Assembly (NCBI GenBank): GCA_030425645.1
Contig: JAUHZK010000002.1
Location: forward strand, 192,487-256,486
Origin: Gammaproteobacteria bacterium
Lineage (GTDB): Bacteria; Pseudomonadota; Gammaproteobacteria; JAPPPA01
DNA length: 64,000 nt
Direction: 5' to 3'
The position numbers and the translations under genes were made by a program. The notes beneath the pieces are model-generated. The model did no database searches. It was given only the letters and a program-made list of their open reading frames with translations, and was not told the origin of the DNA. Position 1 is the first letter of the stretch, and each line of letters opens with the position of its first letter. This document shows, in pieces, positions 1-11,814 of the stretch.

Positions 1-111
1 CATAACCGACATACCAGCGCCGTTCCAGTCCAGTAACTCAGACTGCGCTTTTGCTAATACGGCTTCCGGCAACGCTGCGGGGCCGGCACTAAAATTAAAT
101 ACACGTGACAT
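1..111 (-). CDS. serC: Phosphoserine aminotransferase, N-terminal 37 codons (runs off window)
   Basis: Manual translation [37 protein letters not shown]; FNFSAGP motif; canonical gyrA-serC order. Confidence 0.93.
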   Translation of the reverse strand, partial: MSRVFNFSAGPAALPEAVLAKAQSELLDWNGAGMSVM

Positions 112-145
112 TGTGTTACCCAAAAGTAATAAACATTACGCTGAC

Positions 146-2752
146 TTATTCAGCGCTCTCGTTGTCCCCGTCGCTGCTACCGGTTTCGGTATCAGCGCCA
201 TCAGTTTCTTCAGATTCGTCGCCTTCTAGCTGCACCACCGGCGCAATACCAATTAGACGCTCTTTATCACCTACGCGAATCACGCGTACGCCTTGCGTGT
301 TACGACCTAATACAGAAATTTCGTTCACTGCGGTGCGGATCAATGTGCCGCCATCCGTAATCAACATCACTTCTGCATCGTCAGTCACCTGCACAGCACC
401 TACCAACGCGCCATTGCGGTCGCCGGTTTGCATAGCAATCACGCCTTGCCCGCCACGACCGTGTGTCGGGTAGTCTTCAATCTTGGTGCGTTTGCCGTAC
501 CCGTTTTCGGTAACCGCTAGAATTTCGCCTTCAGCCTCAAGAATGATCAGTGAAATCACATGCTGATCTTCTTGCAAACGGACGCCGCGAACACCGCCCG
601 CAGTACGGCCCATTGGGCGCACTTGGTCTTCTTTAAAGCGGATTGACTTACCAGCACTGGTGGCCAACACAATATCGGCAGCACCATCGGTAATCGCCAC
701 GTCAACCAAGGCATCATCACCACGTAGGTCAACCGCGATAATGCCGCTGGTCCGTGGGCGCGAGAAGTTAGTCAGCGCGGTCTTCTTAACCGTACCGTTG
801 CGCGTTGCCATAAACACATATTGGTCTTCAGCGTATTCACGCACCGGCAATACCGCGTTTACACGCTCGCCTTCTTCTAGCGGCAACAAATTGACGATCG
901 GCTTACCGCGGCTACCACGGCCGCCTTGCGGCAACATATAAACCTTCAACCAGTAACACTTACCGGCGCTGGTAAAGCAGAGCAAGGTGTCGTGGGTATT
1001 CGCCACAAACAACTTATCAACGAAATCTTCTTCTTTTGTCGCTGTGGCGCTCTTACCACGGCCGCCACGACGCTGCGCCTGATACACATCCAGCGCTTGC
1101 GACTTCACGTAACCTGCGTGAGAAAGCGTCACTACCACGGTTTCGTCGGTAATCAGGTCTTCCAAACTCAGGTTAGAGTGGTTCTGCATAATCTCAGTAC
1201 GGCGCTCGTCACCATACTGCTCACGAATTGCTTCTAACTCTTCGCGAATCACCTGCAGTAAACGATCTGGATCAGACAGGATCTCAATCAGATCGGCAAT
1301 TTTATCTAGTAACTCTTTGAATTCTTGAACAATTTTATCTTGCTCAAGACCTGTCAAACGGTGCAAACGCAGCTCAAGAATGGCCTGCGCTTGGCCCGGA
1401 GACAGTTGATACTCTTCGCCATGAAGTCCGTATTGCGGCTCCAAGTCATCAGGGCGAGAAGCGTCGGAACCGGCTCGCGCAAGCATTTCGCTTACCACGC
1501 CGGATTTCCAAACTTTACCCATTAATTTTTCTTTAGCTTCCGCAGGACCTGCAGAGGCTTTGATCAGTGCAATAACCTCATCAATATTCGCCAGCGCGAC
1601 CGCCAAACCTTCTAACACGTGAGCACGGCCACGTGCTTTACGCAGGTCAAATACAGTGCGGCGAGTCACCACTTCGCGACGGTGACGCAGGAAGTTATCG
1701 AGAATATCTTTTAGGTTGAGTAGCTTCGGCTGGTTATCAACCAAGGCCACCATGTTCATACCGAACACGGTCTGCATCGAGGTGTGCTGGTAGAGGTTAT
1801 TCAGAATAACCTCGCCGACTTCGCCACGGCGCAGCTCAATCACCATACGCATGCCGTCCTTGTCAGACTCGTCGCGCAGGCCGGTAATGCCGTCTAGCTT
1901 TTTCTCTTTAACCAGCTCCGCAATGCGCTCAATTAGACGCGCCTTGTTAACTTGGTAAGGCAGTTCGGTCACAACAATTCGTTGTTTACCGTCGTCAGCA
2001 TCACCTTCAATATGCGCACGAGCACGAATATGCACGCGACCACGGCCAGTCCGATAGGCCTCGCGCACACCAGCAACACCATTAATAATGCCGGCAGTTG
2101 GAAAATCAGGCGCTGGCACATATTCCATCAGCTCATCAATGCTGAGGTCGTCTTTTTCAATTAAAGCGATACAAGCACTGATAATTTCGCCAAGGTTATG
2201 TGGCGGAATATTGGTGGCCATACCAACCGCAATACCGCTAGAACCGTTGACCAGTAAATTAGGCACACGCGCCGGCAGTACCGACGGCTCTGATTCAGAG
2301 CCATCGTAGTTATCAATAAAATCTACGGTTTCTTTTTCTAAATCGGCCAGCATCTCGTGGGCGATCTTGGACATCCGCACCTCGGTATAACGCATCGCCG
2401 CTGGGGCGTCGCCGTCAACCGAACCAAAGTTACCTTGGCCATCGACCATCATGTAACGCAGCGAGAATGGCTGCGCCATCCGCACGATGGTGTCGTAAAC
2501 AGCGGTATCACCGTGCGGGTGATACTTACCGATTACATCACCCACCACACGGGCAGATTTTTTATAGGGTTTATTCCAATCGTTACCCAGTACGTTCATC
2601 GCGTAAAGAACGCGGCGGTGTACGGGCTTCATACCATCACGGACATCTGGCAATGCACGACCGACAATTACGCTCATCGCGTAATCGAGGTAGGACTGCC
2701 GCATTTCGTCTTCGAGGTTAACTTGAAGAAGTTCGCGTGCGAAATCAGACAT
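146..2752 (-). CDS. gyrA: DNA gyrase subunit A
   Basis: [32 protein letters not shown] active-site Tyr, GyrA-box QRRGGRG, acidic tail. Confidence 0.99.
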   Translation of the reverse strand: MSDFARELLQVNLEDEMRQSYLDYAMSVIVGRALPDVRDGMKPVHRRVLYAMNVLGNDWNKPYKKSARVVGDVIGKYHPHGDTAVYDTIVRMAQPFSLRYMMVDGQGNFGSVDGDAPAAMRYTEVRMSKIAHEMLADLEKETVDFIDNYDGSESEPSVLPARVPNLLVNGSSGIAVGMATNIPPHNLGEIISACIALIEKDDLSIDELMEYVPAPDFPTAGIINGVAGVREAYRTGRGRVHIRARAHIEGDADDGKQRIVVTELPYQVNKARLIERIAELVKEKKLDGITGLRDESDKDGMRMVIELRRGEVGEVILNNLYQHTSMQTVFGMNMVALVDNQPKLLNLKDILDNFLRHRREVVTRRTVFDLRKARGRAHVLEGLAVALANIDEVIALIKASAGPAEAKEKLMGKVWKSGVVSEMLARAGSDASRPDDLEPQYGLHGEEYQLSPGQAQAILELRLHRLTGLEQDKIVQEFKELLDKIADLIEILSDPDRLLQVIREELEAIREQYGDERRTEIMQNHSNLSLEDLITDETVVVTLSHAGYVKSQALDVYQAQRRGGRGKSATATKEEDFVDKLFVANTHDTLLCFTSAGKCYWLKVYMLPQGGRGSRGKPIVNLLPLEEGERVNAVLPVREYAEDQYVFMATRNGTVKKTALTNFSRPRTSGIIAVDLRGDDALVDVAITDGAADIVLATSAGKSIRFKEDQVRPMGRTAGGVRGVRLQEDQHVISLIILEAEGEILAVTENGYGKRTKIEDYPTHGRGGQGVIAMQTGDRNGALVGAVQVTDDAEVMLITDGGTLIRTAVNEISVLGRNTQGVRVIRVGDKERLIGIAPVVQLEGDESEETDGADTETGSSDGDNESAE

Positions 2753-3034
2753 AGATAAGTGTTATTGGCCTTAAGCGCTTGTTATCGCCGCCAAGCGGCA
2801 GTTATATCGTCCCGAAGAACGGTCCCCCAAAGGCATCTTTAGCAACTGCTTTCTCTGCTGTATTTAAGGCCGCTTTTGAAGCCGCCAAAACACATTACAA
2901 AGCCCATGGTTTATAGCTGACAACTTTACCATAAGCAGAGCCGTTTTAAGGGGTTTTAATGCAAATACGCACCCTACCGTTACCTTTTTGTCCAAACCCG
3001 CTAAAATCGCGCCAAATTTTATGGGAAATATTCC

Positions 3035-3832
3035 GTGACTGCCGCGAATCCACTCGTCGACATTGGCGCTAACCTAACCGCCGAAGCCTTTAAAAATGAT
3101 GTTCACCAAGTGATCGCAGAAGGCCATCAAGCTGGCGTAACACGAATGATTTTGACCGGCTCTGATGTCACCGACAGCCAGGCCGCTGCCGAGCTCGCCA
3201 ACAGCTACCCAGAGCAACTGTGGAGCACTGCTGGCATACACCCGCATATGGCTAAGTCTTTTGACGAGAACAGTGTCGCCACACTACGCCAACTATTGGC
3301 GTTACCGCAGGTGGTTGCTGTTGGTGAAACTGGCCTCGATTACAACCGTAATTTTTCCGAACCGGCGCAGCAGAGAGCTTCGTTTGAGGCCCATCTGCAG
3401 CTAGCTGCGGAAACCGGCATGCCGATGTTTTTACACCAGCGTGATGCCCATGCAGACTTTATGGCCCTACTCAGCGCCCATCGGCCAAAACTGCAACAGG
3501 TGGTGGCGCACTGTTTTACCGGCGAAGAAAACGAACTCGATGATTATTTGGCCTTAGATTGCCATATCGGCATTACCGGCTGGATTTGCGATGAACGCCG
3601 TGGCCACCACTTACGTGATTTTGTTGCCAAGATTCCGGCTGACCGCCTAATGATCGAAACGGATGCGCCTTACTTGTTGCCAAGGGACCTAAAACCAAAA
3701 CCCAAAAGCCGCCGCAACGAGCCCAAATACCTGCCACATATCTGTGACGTGATCGCTGAATTTAGAACAGAGTCTGCAACCGAGTTAGCCGCCCTAACCA
3801 CGGACACTGCAACAAAGTTTTTTCAGCTTTAA
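3035..3832 (+). CDS. tatD: TatD family nuclease
   Basis: DIGANL, GIHPH, GETGLDY, LHQRDAH, HCFTG, ETDAPYL motifs. Confidence 0.95.
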   Translation: MTAANPLVDIGANLTAEAFKNDVHQVIAEGHQAGVTRMILTGSDVTDSQAAAELANSYPEQLWSTAGIHPHMAKSFDENSVATLRQLLALPQVVAVGETGLDYNRNFSEPAQQRASFEAHLQLAAETGMPMFLHQRDAHADFMALLSAHRPKLQQVVAHCFTGEENELDDYLALDCHIGITGWICDERRGHHLRDFVAKIPADRLMIETDAPYLLPRDLKPKPKSRRNEPKYLPHICDVIAEFRTESATELAALTTDTATKFFQL

Positions 3833-3844
3833 ACACTGCAAAAA

Positions 3845-4421
3845 CTACATATTGGCCGCTTCAGCACAGGCTTCTTTAGAGCCGCGCTTACAGCCGAGCT
3901 GATACAGGCGCAAGGCTGCGGCCTTGCTCCTTTCCACCCCATGACTACCAAAACGATGACGCTCAGCCAGCCGCAAACAGGCTTGCGTGTAGTCACCCAA
4001 AGCACACTCAACAAACAACTCCTCGGCTTCCTGCTTCCAGGCCTCCGCCGTTTTCTCGGCTTCTAAGCGGCGCTTCTCTACCTCAGCCTCGGGCTTAATC
4101 TGTTCGAAAAGACGTTGCGCGCTACGGTAACTAGCACCACGATCATCTGTGAGGGAAAAATACTCCTGCAGAAGATCATAAGCAGGCACCAATTTCTGAG
4201 CGCGAGCGGCCAACTTGGCCTCGATAAGCACAAGCGCTGGCGGCATCACCACATCCAAATCTCGGAATCTCTGAACATGTTCACTTGCCTGTTCAAAATC
4301 CCCACTACGCAGATCCTTAGCAATCTGCTGCTGCAAAAATTTTACATCTGCTCGCAAGTCTGAATTCGCCAACACTGCGGTGCCAAACAGGACAGCCACC
4401 AACAGCCCTAAGGCGCGCAAT

Positions 4422-4438
<17 letters not shown>
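3845..4438 (-). CDS. Secreted hypothetical protein with TPR/Sel1-like helices
   Basis: Signal peptide (AVLA|NS); C-terminal ACLRLA...GVERSKAAALRLYQLGCKRGSKEAC resembles a Cys-containing Sel1 repeat. Confidence 0.7.
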
Positions 4439-5039
<601 letters not shown>

Positions 5040-5104
5040 TTTTACTCCCAACGCTTGGCGAAGTTAGCGTTTACAGCGACCAGCCTGAACCCCAAAAACT
5101 TACG

Positions 5105-5485
5105 CTACTGAATGGAGCTAGAGATCAACTCGGTGGATTGCAAAGCCAGCTCCGCACAGGTTTGGCGCTCAAAATCATTCACCGCTTCAAGCTCTTCCAA
5201 CGCCTCAGCCAAGGTTAACTTACCCTCCTCGTCAAAGCTTAGGGCGGCACCTGCTAGGCGAACCTCGACTTGCGCTTCAGTCGATTCTTCATCCGCTCGC
5301 TTAGGTTCCAATACCTGCACCTGCACATAACGCACACGCTCATTAGAAAACTCTGGCACTGCGCGCAAACCACTGGCGATCAAGGTGCTTTCTTCATCGG
5401 AAAATTCTTGCAAAGATCCATCACGATTCAGCACATAGTGCTTAAGCGCTTTAACGGGAACTGAAGGCTTGTCGGATTCAAACAT
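5105..5485 (-). CDS. Hypothetical acidic protein
   Basis: 126-aa ATG ORF filling the intergenic gap; TGnTACCCT -10-like element 6 nt before the ATG. Confidence 0.6.
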   Translation of the reverse strand: MFESDKPSVPVKALKHYVLNRDGSLQEFSDEESTLIASGLRAVPEFSNERVRYVQVQVLEPKRADEESTEAQVEVRLAGAALSFDEEGKLTLAEALEELEAVNDFERQTCAELALQSTELISSSIQ

Positions 5486-5628
5486 GGAACTAGGGTAACA
5501 AAATTAGTAGAGGGCGAACGCTATCTATGGGCAAGCTCGGCAATATCAAGCCTAAAGCGGTCGCCAATCACCACAAAGCTAAGCTATATTGCCGGGCTTT
5601 AAAGACCCACCGCAAAAGAGCCTAGGCA

Positions 5629-6957
5629 GTGCAACAAGCCGATCTAATCCTATACCCGGAGTGGGCATTTACCGCCCACCCGTCCAACAACAGCCCCTAT
5701 GGCGACTGCCTGCAAAAGCCGGGCATTGCTATCCAAGCTGGCCGCATAGTTGATATCGCCGACAAGGCGGAGATTCAAACAAAATGGCATAGCGATCACA
5801 GCGAAGAACACCCCGGCAAAGTACTGTTACCCGGCTTTGTAAACGCACATTGTCACGCAGCGATGACGCTGCTGCGCGGCATCGCTAATGACCTGCCGTT
5901 AATGGATTGGTTAGAGGGCCATATTTGGCCCGCCGAGGGCAACCATGTTGATGCCGAGTTCGTACGCGACGGCAGCCTACTCGCCTGCGCCGAAATGATT
6001 CGCGGCGGCACTACCTGCTTTAACGATATGTACTTCTTTCCAGAGGCAACGATTGAGGCAGCCCTAGCAGCAGGCATACGTGTTAGCGCAGGCATTATCG
6101 CCATCGACTTTCCCAGCGCTTACGCCCAGCAACCGGAGCAATACCTAGAACAAGGCTTGGCAACACTAGCGGAGCATAAAGCGCATGACCGCGTAAAAAT
6201 GATGTTCGCCCCGCACGCTCCCTATACGGTTGGTGACCCGTTATTTAAAAGCATCATAGAGGCCGACAAAGCCCAACGGCTTGGCTGCCACATCCACCTG
6301 CACGAAACAGCCTTCGAAGTGAGTAGCGCCGAACAGGAAACCGGCACACGGCCTTTCCAGCGACTGCTGCAACTCGGACTACTCAACGAGCAAACTGTGG
6401 CCGTACACATGACCCAGCTTAACGAGCAAGAAATTCAACAATGTGGATCGTTAGGTATCAATATTGCGCATTGCCCTGAAAGCAACCTCAAACTTGCCAG
6501 CGGTATTGCGCCAATTCACGCCTTACTATCAGCGGGCGCCAACGTCGCTATTGGCACCGACGGCGCGGCCAGCAATAACGACCTAGATATGCTGAGCGAA
6601 CTCCGCAGCGCCAGCCTGCTCGCTAAGGCCCAAAGCCAAGATGCAACAGCTCTCAGCGCCGCGCAAACGCTACAAATGGCCACGTACAACGGCGCTAAAG
6701 CATTGGGCTGGGAAGCCGAAACCGGCTCCATTGCTATTGGTAAAAGTGCCGACCTACAACTAATAGACTTAAACCGTATAGAAACCCAGCCCTGCTACGA
6801 CCCAGTGGCGCAGGTGGTTTACAGCGCCTCTCGAGATCAAATTACTGATGTCTGGTGCCAGGGGCAGCAGCTAATGCAGGAACGCCAATTGACCACATTA
6901 AATGAGAACGAATTGCTTGCCACCGCCCAAGCTTGGCATGAGAAAATAAGCACATGA
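5629..6957 (+). CDS. TRZ/ATZ-family amidohydrolase (5-methylthioadenosine/SAH deaminase-like)
   Basis: PGFVNAHCH, HIHLHET, HCPESNLKLASG, GTDGAASNNDLD; typical position upstream of ubiG. Confidence 0.9.
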   Translation: MQQADLILYPEWAFTAHPSNNSPYGDCLQKPGIAIQAGRIVDIADKAEIQTKWHSDHSEEHPGKVLLPGFVNAHCHAAMTLLRGIANDLPLMDWLEGHIWPAEGNHVDAEFVRDGSLLACAEMIRGGTTCFNDMYFFPEATIEAALAAGIRVSAGIIAIDFPSAYAQQPEQYLEQGLATLAEHKAHDRVKMMFAPHAPYTVGDPLFKSIIEADKAQRLGCHIHLHETAFEVSSAEQETGTRPFQRLLQLGLLNEQTVAVHMTQLNEQEIQQCGSLGINIAHCPESNLKLASGIAPIHALLSAGANVAIGTDGAASNNDLDMLSELRSASLLAKAQSQDATALSAAQTLQMATYNGAKALGWEAETGSIAIGKSADLQLIDLNRIETQPCYDPVAQVVYSASRDQITDVWCQGQQLMQERQLTTLNENELLATAQAWHEKIST

Positions 6958-7673
6958 CACACTCAAGCAATGTTGATCCATTAGAGATTCAGAAATTCGC
7001 CAATATCGCCGACAAATGGTGGGATATGGACGGCGAGTTTAAGCCGCTACACGCCATTAACCCGTTACGCTCTGACTATGTTGAGCAATACGCGCCGGTG
7101 GCTAACAAAAACGTCATTGACGTGGGCTGCGGCGGCGGCATTCTTAGCGAAGAGCTAGCCAAACGCGGCGGCAAGATCACCGGTTTAGACATGGGCGCTG
7201 CACAACTAGATGCGGCACGTATGCACGCCATCGAAAGCGGCCTAAGCATTGATTACCAGCAAAAACCAGTTGAGCAACTAGCGGCCGAAAAAGCCGCTGA
7301 GTTTGACGTGGTTACGTGCATGGAAATGCTAGAACATGTGCCAGACCCGGGTTCGGTGATTAATGCCTGTGCCGACTTGGTCGCACCCGGCGGCTGGGTA
7401 TTCTTCTCTACCATCAACCGCACTGCTAAAGCGTTTGCCATGGCTATTGTCGGTGCCGAATACGTGCTTAACTGGTTACCCAAAGGCACCCATGAGTACA
7501 AAAAGTTTATTCGACCGGCCGAAATGGCTGAAGCGGCAGAGGCCGCTGGCTTAGTCGTGAAGAATATCTGCGGAATGACCTACAACCCGCTGTTCGACAG
7601 CTACTCACTCAACCAAGCCGATGTTGATGTGAACTACCTAATGGCCTGCCAAAAACCAGTCGACGCCGCCTAA
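6954..7673 (+). CDS. ubiG: Ubiquinone biosynthesis O-methyltransferase
   Basis: WWD..GEFKPLHAINPLR, DVGCGGG, CMEMLEHVPDP. Confidence 0.97.
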   Translation: MTHSSNVDPLEIQKFANIADKWWDMDGEFKPLHAINPLRSDYVEQYAPVANKNVIDVGCGGGILSEELAKRGGKITGLDMGAAQLDAARMHAIESGLSIDYQQKPVEQLAAEKAAEFDVVTCMEMLEHVPDPGSVINACADLVAPGGWVFFSTINRTAKAFAMAIVGAEYVLNWLPKGTHEYKKFIRPAEMAEAAEAAGLVVKNICGMTYNPLFDSYSLNQADVDVNYLMACQKPVDAA

Positions 7674-8353
7674 TGCAAAACCTTCCTGCGGCCGCAGAAA
7701 TTGACTGCTTGTTGTTTGACTTAGACGGCACCCTGGTCGACACCGCGGCCGATCTTTGTCAGGCGATGCAGACCCTGCTACAGCAGCACGGCCGGCCGGC
7801 AGTCGATGAAGAGCGTTTTCGAAGCGTCGTCTCCGATGGCTCCTATGCGATGATTTGTCTCGCCTTTGAGTTAGAAGCAGACGATTCGCAAGTCGAAGCA
7901 TTGCGCGCTCAATTTCTAAAAATATACCGAGGCCAACTGTCTGCCTATAGTCATCTATTCGAAGGCATGGAGGCGGTACTTGAGCATTGTCAGCGACTCG
8001 GGAAACGTTGGGGCATTATTACCAACAAGCCCGAACACCTGACGCTACCGCTACTGGAGCAACTTAGCTTTCCTTATGCTCCCAGCACCATTGTTTGCGG
8101 TGATACTACGGCAGCCCCCAAGCCTAGCCCACTACCGATGAACAAAGCCATGGCGGACGTTGCCGTTAACGCTAACCGTTGTCTATATTTTGGCGATGCC
8201 AGCCGCGACATTGAAGCCGCTCGCAACGTCGACATGCCCAGCGTCGCGGTCAGCTGGGGATATATTCAGAGTGACGACGATATTAATGACTGGCAGGCCG
8301 ACTGCATCATTCACCACCCCGATGAAATCACAGCTTGGCTAACAGCCAACTAA
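7673..8353 (+). CDS. HAD phosphatase (phosphoglycolate phosphatase / MupP-like)
   Basis: FDLDGTL, TNKP, KP.P, GD..RD; directly after ubiG, as is Pseudomonas mupP. Confidence 0.85.
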   Translation: MQNLPAAAEIDCLLFDLDGTLVDTAADLCQAMQTLLQQHGRPAVDEERFRSVVSDGSYAMICLAFELEADDSQVEALRAQFLKIYRGQLSAYSHLFEGMEAVLEHCQRLGKRWGIITNKPEHLTLPLLEQLSFPYAPSTIVCGDTTAAPKPSPLPMNKAMADVAVNANRCLYFGDASRDIEAARNVDMPSVAVSWGYIQSDDDINDWQADCIIHHPDEITAWLTAN

Positions 8354-8380
8354 AACAGCAGCCTTAGCCGCAACGGCGGA

Positions 8381-9730
8381 CTAGAAACGGGTCAAACCAC
8401 CACCAGCGCGAGCCGATTGAGTATCAACGTTATAGCCGTACTCCCCGCGCAACTCGACCTTAACCAGCCTCTTCGGCCGCCACACCAACGCAACACCAAC
8501 CGAATAAGTACTGTCACAGGCACATAGCTGAGTATGACTTTCAGCAAACAAGGCCCAGTCGATAAACGCCCCATAGCGCCACGACGGCGCCTTACGATGA
8601 ATCGGCAATAGATACTCTAGGGAACCATAAAGTAAAGCGTTGCCCTCTAATTCACCTTTCTTAAGCCCGCGCAGATTCCCGGAGCTATTGGAAAAACCTA
8701 ATTGCTCAGGGATGCCGCCGTTAAAAATGCCCGCACCGGCCCGATAAATCACACTATGGTGCGCGCCATCTTTAAAGCCTGCTGTCACTAGCCGCCAGTC
8801 GGCACTAACACGGTTATAGCTAAAGTCTGGGCTACCCAGCGGCAAGCTAATTTCGACATTAAGACCGTACTGCAGCCCTTCCTCCGAATAGGTCAGCAGA
8901 CGACGGTCTTGGTAGTTGACACCCAAAGAGGCGGCCCAAGTACTGCCACCAGCTAACTCTGGCACCTGGCTATGCGGCGTATTGTCAGCCAACAGATAGA
9001 ATAAGCTGCCATCGACGAACCAGCCTTTGGTTTGCCCAACAGAAGATAGTTGTCGACCAATATTGATGCCATGGCGTTCATCGTGTTCGACATAGCGACG
9101 CCCACCATCTGCGGGCGACTCTTCCACCGGCACGCGGCTTCGGCGAGTAAAGAAGCCTAGATTCCACAGGCTTCCGGCGACCCTTGGGTAATCGTACTGA
9201 AAGCGCAAGACTTCTTTTTCGCCTAACTCAGCGTCGCTAAGCTGGCGGCGCTCCCAGACAAACTTGGCGCGTTGATTTAAACCAGCAATATTGTCCCACT
9301 CGATACTAGCGCCGTAGCTGGTTTCGCCGTCGGAATTTAGCCCAAGACGGGGCAAGGGAATAATGTAAAACTTTTCTTCTAACGTAATAGTGAGCACATA
9401 CGTTTCGCCAGCCTGAGCTTCTAAGCTAGGCACCACTGACTCAAACAAACCAAGATCACGAATACCTTGAACAGAATCGGCCAGCACTTGACCGCTGACT
9501 ACTGCCGGAGCCGTAAAATAAAGCTGCTGGTCTAGAAGACGCTTGCGGGTAACGTCGTTGCCGACATAGTGAACAGCAACAATATGAATTGACGCGTCGG
9601 CATCGGGCAAGCCTGCGGCGGTCGCCGCAGTATCGGCGTAGCTACTAGACGCCGCTACGCTTAAGAGTAATAAAGCGGCAATCGAAAGGATTCTTGTCGT
9701 CTGCTTCAACAAGGTTATTACTTTCTTCAA
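8381..9730 (-). CDS. Omp85/BamA-TamA-like outer-membrane protein (one POTRA-like domain plus beta-barrel)
   Basis: Signal peptide, POTRA-like VGNDVTR...LGLFESV...LEEK, LRG motif, C-terminal Phe; exact TTG start (9730/9712/9709) uncertain. Confidence 0.75.
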   Translation of the reverse strand: MKKVITLLKQTTRILSIAALLLLSVAASSSYADTAATAAGLPDADASIHIVAVHYVGNDVTRKRLLDQQLYFTAPAVVSGQVLADSVQGIRDLGLFESVVPSLEAQAGETYVLTITLEEKFYIIPLPRLGLNSDGETSYGASIEWDNIAGLNQRAKFVWERRQLSDAELGEKEVLRFQYDYPRVAGSLWNLGFFTRRSRVPVEESPADGGRRYVEHDERHGINIGRQLSSVGQTKGWFVDGSLFYLLADNTPHSQVPELAGGSTWAASLGVNYQDRRLLTYSEEGLQYGLNVEISLPLGSPDFSYNRVSADWRLVTAGFKDGAHHSVIYRAGAGIFNGGIPEQLGFSNSSGNLRGLKKGELEGNALLYGSLEYLLPIHRKAPSWRYGAFIDWALFAESHTQLCACDSTYSVGVALVWRPKRLVKVELRGEYGYNVDTQSARAGGGLTRF

Positions 9731-10148
9731 CCCATTCAGTTTCTACAGTCTGCGGGAACCAAGCGTCACCGTCTAGTTTTGTTTGCACAACCGTCAGGTA
9801 AATTCGCGCTGCCAGTGCTATCGCCTGTTGATAGATATTGGCACCGCCAATCACAAACACTTGGCTGGTCTCCGTCTGCTCTTCAGCTAAACGCACAGCT
9901 GCTGCCAAGTCGTGCACCACTTCAGCACCCTCGGCTTTGTAATTAGCTTGCCGGCTGACCACAATATTCAAGCGCCCAGGTAATGGCCGACCAATCGATT
10001 CCCAAGTTTTACGCCCCATAATGACCGGGCAGCCCATGGTGGTTTTTTTAAAGTGCTGCAGGTCGCGCGGCAGGTGCCAGGGCAAAGTGTTATCAATGCC
10101 AATCACTCGCTCCGGCGTCATCGCCACAATAAGGCACAGCTCTGCCAT
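9645..10148 (-). CDS. folA: Dihydrofolate reductase
   Basis: IGIDNTLPWHLPRDL, MGRKTWESIGRPLPGR, IGGA. Confidence 0.97.
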   Translation of the reverse strand: MAELCLIVAMTPERVIGIDNTLPWHLPRDLQHFKKTTMGCPVIMGRKTWESIGRPLPGRLNIVVSRQANYKAEGAEVVHDLAAAVRLAEEQTETSQVFVIGGANIYQQAIALAARIYLTVVQTKLDGDAWFPQTVETEWVEESNNLVEADDKNPFDCRFITLKRSGV

Positions 10149-10981
10149 TACACTGCCACCGGTGCTGAGATATGCGGGTGCGGGTCGTAACCAACCACTT
10201 CGAAATCGTCAAAGGTAAAAGCAAACAAATCTTTCACCTCAGGGTTTATTTGCAAACTAGGGAGCGCACGCACGTCGCGCGCCAACTGCGTTTCCACCTG
10301 CTCCATATGATTGGAATACAAATGTGCATCGCCAAAGGTATGCACGTAGTCACCCGGCTCTAGTCCCAGAACCTGAGCCATCATCATGGTCAACAGCGCA
10401 TAGCTAGCGATATTAAATGGCACGCCTAAGAAAATATCAGCGCTGCGCTGATAAAGCTGGCAACTCAACTTGCCGTCGGCGACGTAAAACTGGAACAGAC
10501 AGTGACACGGTGCCAAAGCCATCCGGCCTTGGGCAACATTCTCTTGCGGCCCAACGGATTCATCTGGCAAATCAGCCGGATTCCATGCTGAAACAATATG
10601 GCGACGAGAGTCGGGGAAGTTTTTTAAGCTCTCTAAAACCTGTTCGATTTGGTCAACCACACGACCGTCTTGGCAAGCCCAAGAGCGCCACTGTTTACCG
10701 TAAACAGGGCCAAGACTTCCCTCTTCATCAGCCCATTCGTCCCAAATACGGACACCGTTATCTTTTAGGTAACCAATATTGGTATCGCCCTGCAAGAACC
10801 ACAGCAGCTCGTGCACGATAGACTTTAGGTGTAGCTTCTTCGTGGTCACCATCGGAAAGCCCTCCGACAGATCAAAGCGCATTTGATAACCAAAAACACT
10901 CTTAGTGCCAGTGCCGGTGCGGTCGCCCTTTTCGGCTCCGTTTTCCAACACATGCCGCATCAAGTCTAGATATTGTTTCAT
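10148..10981 (-). CDS. thyA: Thymidylate synthase
   Basis: [24 protein letters not shown]; start MKQYL at 10981 overlaps the lgt stop (ATGA). Confidence 0.98.
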   Translation of the reverse strand: MKQYLDLMRHVLENGAEKGDRTGTGTKSVFGYQMRFDLSEGFPMVTTKKLHLKSIVHELLWFLQGDTNIGYLKDNGVRIWDEWADEEGSLGPVYGKQWRSWACQDGRVVDQIEQVLESLKNFPDSRRHIVSAWNPADLPDESVGPQENVAQGRMALAPCHCLFQFYVADGKLSCQLYQRSADIFLGVPFNIASYALLTMMMAQVLGLEPGDYVHTFGDAHLYSNHMEQVETQLARDVRALPSLQINPEVKDLFAFTFDDFEVVGYDPHPHISAPVAV

Positions 10982-11784
10982 CGAGTTTTTAACTCTGTAT
11001 TGTTGTATGCACGCCAGATTAACCAGAGCCCGCCCAGAATCATAGGTGCCGACAAAATTTGCCCCATGGTTAACCATTGGAAAGCCATAAAGCCGCCCTC
11101 GCCCATATGGGCGTCGGGCTGACGGAAGAATTCAATCGTGAAGCGAGCAGTACCGTACCAAGCTAAAAACAAGCCACTCACCATGCCCACAGGGCGCGGC
11201 TTACTGGAAAACCACCAGAGCACCGCAAACAACAACCAGCCCTCAAACAAGGACTCATACAGTTGCGAAGGGTGCCGTGGCTCAGGGCCGCCAGTTGGAA
11301 AGACCATGGCCCAAGGCACGTCCGAGACGCGCCCCCATAACTCGCCGTTAATAAAGTTAGCAATACGCACAGCGCCGATGCCGATAGGCGTGAGCGGCAC
11401 CATAAAGTCGGTAACTTCTAAAAAGCTTTTGTTGTACTTTTTGCCAAAGTAAAACATCAGCAAAATAACTGCGCTTAAGCCGCCGTGGAAAGACATACCG
11501 CCCTCCCATAGCTTGAACAAAGACAATGGATTAGCCAGTAAACCGTCGAGGTTATAAAACAACATATAGCCAACACGGCCACCGACGATAACGCCCATCG
11601 CGCCGTAAAACACGAGGTCTGAAATATGCTCTTCCGTCCAACCAAGCTCGGGCTGTTTTTTAGCCCGGCGGCTACCAAGGAAATACACCATTGAAAAACC
11701 CACAAGGTACATCAGCCCATACCAATGGATCGACAATGGCCCAATTGAGATAGCGACCGGGTCAATATTGGGAAACTGCAGCAT
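10978..11784 (-). CDS. lgt: Prolipoprotein diacylglyceryl transferase
   Basis: [40 protein letters not shown]. Confidence 0.98.
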   Translation of the reverse strand: MLQFPNIDPVAISIGPLSIHWYGLMYLVGFSMVYFLGSRRAKKQPELGWTEEHISDLVFYGAMGVIVGGRVGYMLFYNLDGLLANPLSLFKLWEGGMSFHGGLSAVILLMFYFGKKYNKSFLEVTDFMVPLTPIGIGAVRIANFINGELWGRVSDVPWAMVFPTGGPEPRHPSQLYESLFEGWLLFAVLWWFSSKPRPVGMVSGLFLAWYGTARFTIEFFRQPDAHMGEGGFMAFQWLTMGQILSAPMILGGLWLIWRAYNNTELKTR

Positions 11785-11814
11785 ATTGCTATTCCTTAAG
11801 CCGCCCTAAGCGAA

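Noticed and set aside
10982-11077. N-terminal extensions in the ORF track (thyA; likewise ubiI-like, ilvA, rpiA, exbD, lrgA)
   Set aside because: They overlap neighbouring genes or promoters; family-typical starts lie downstream
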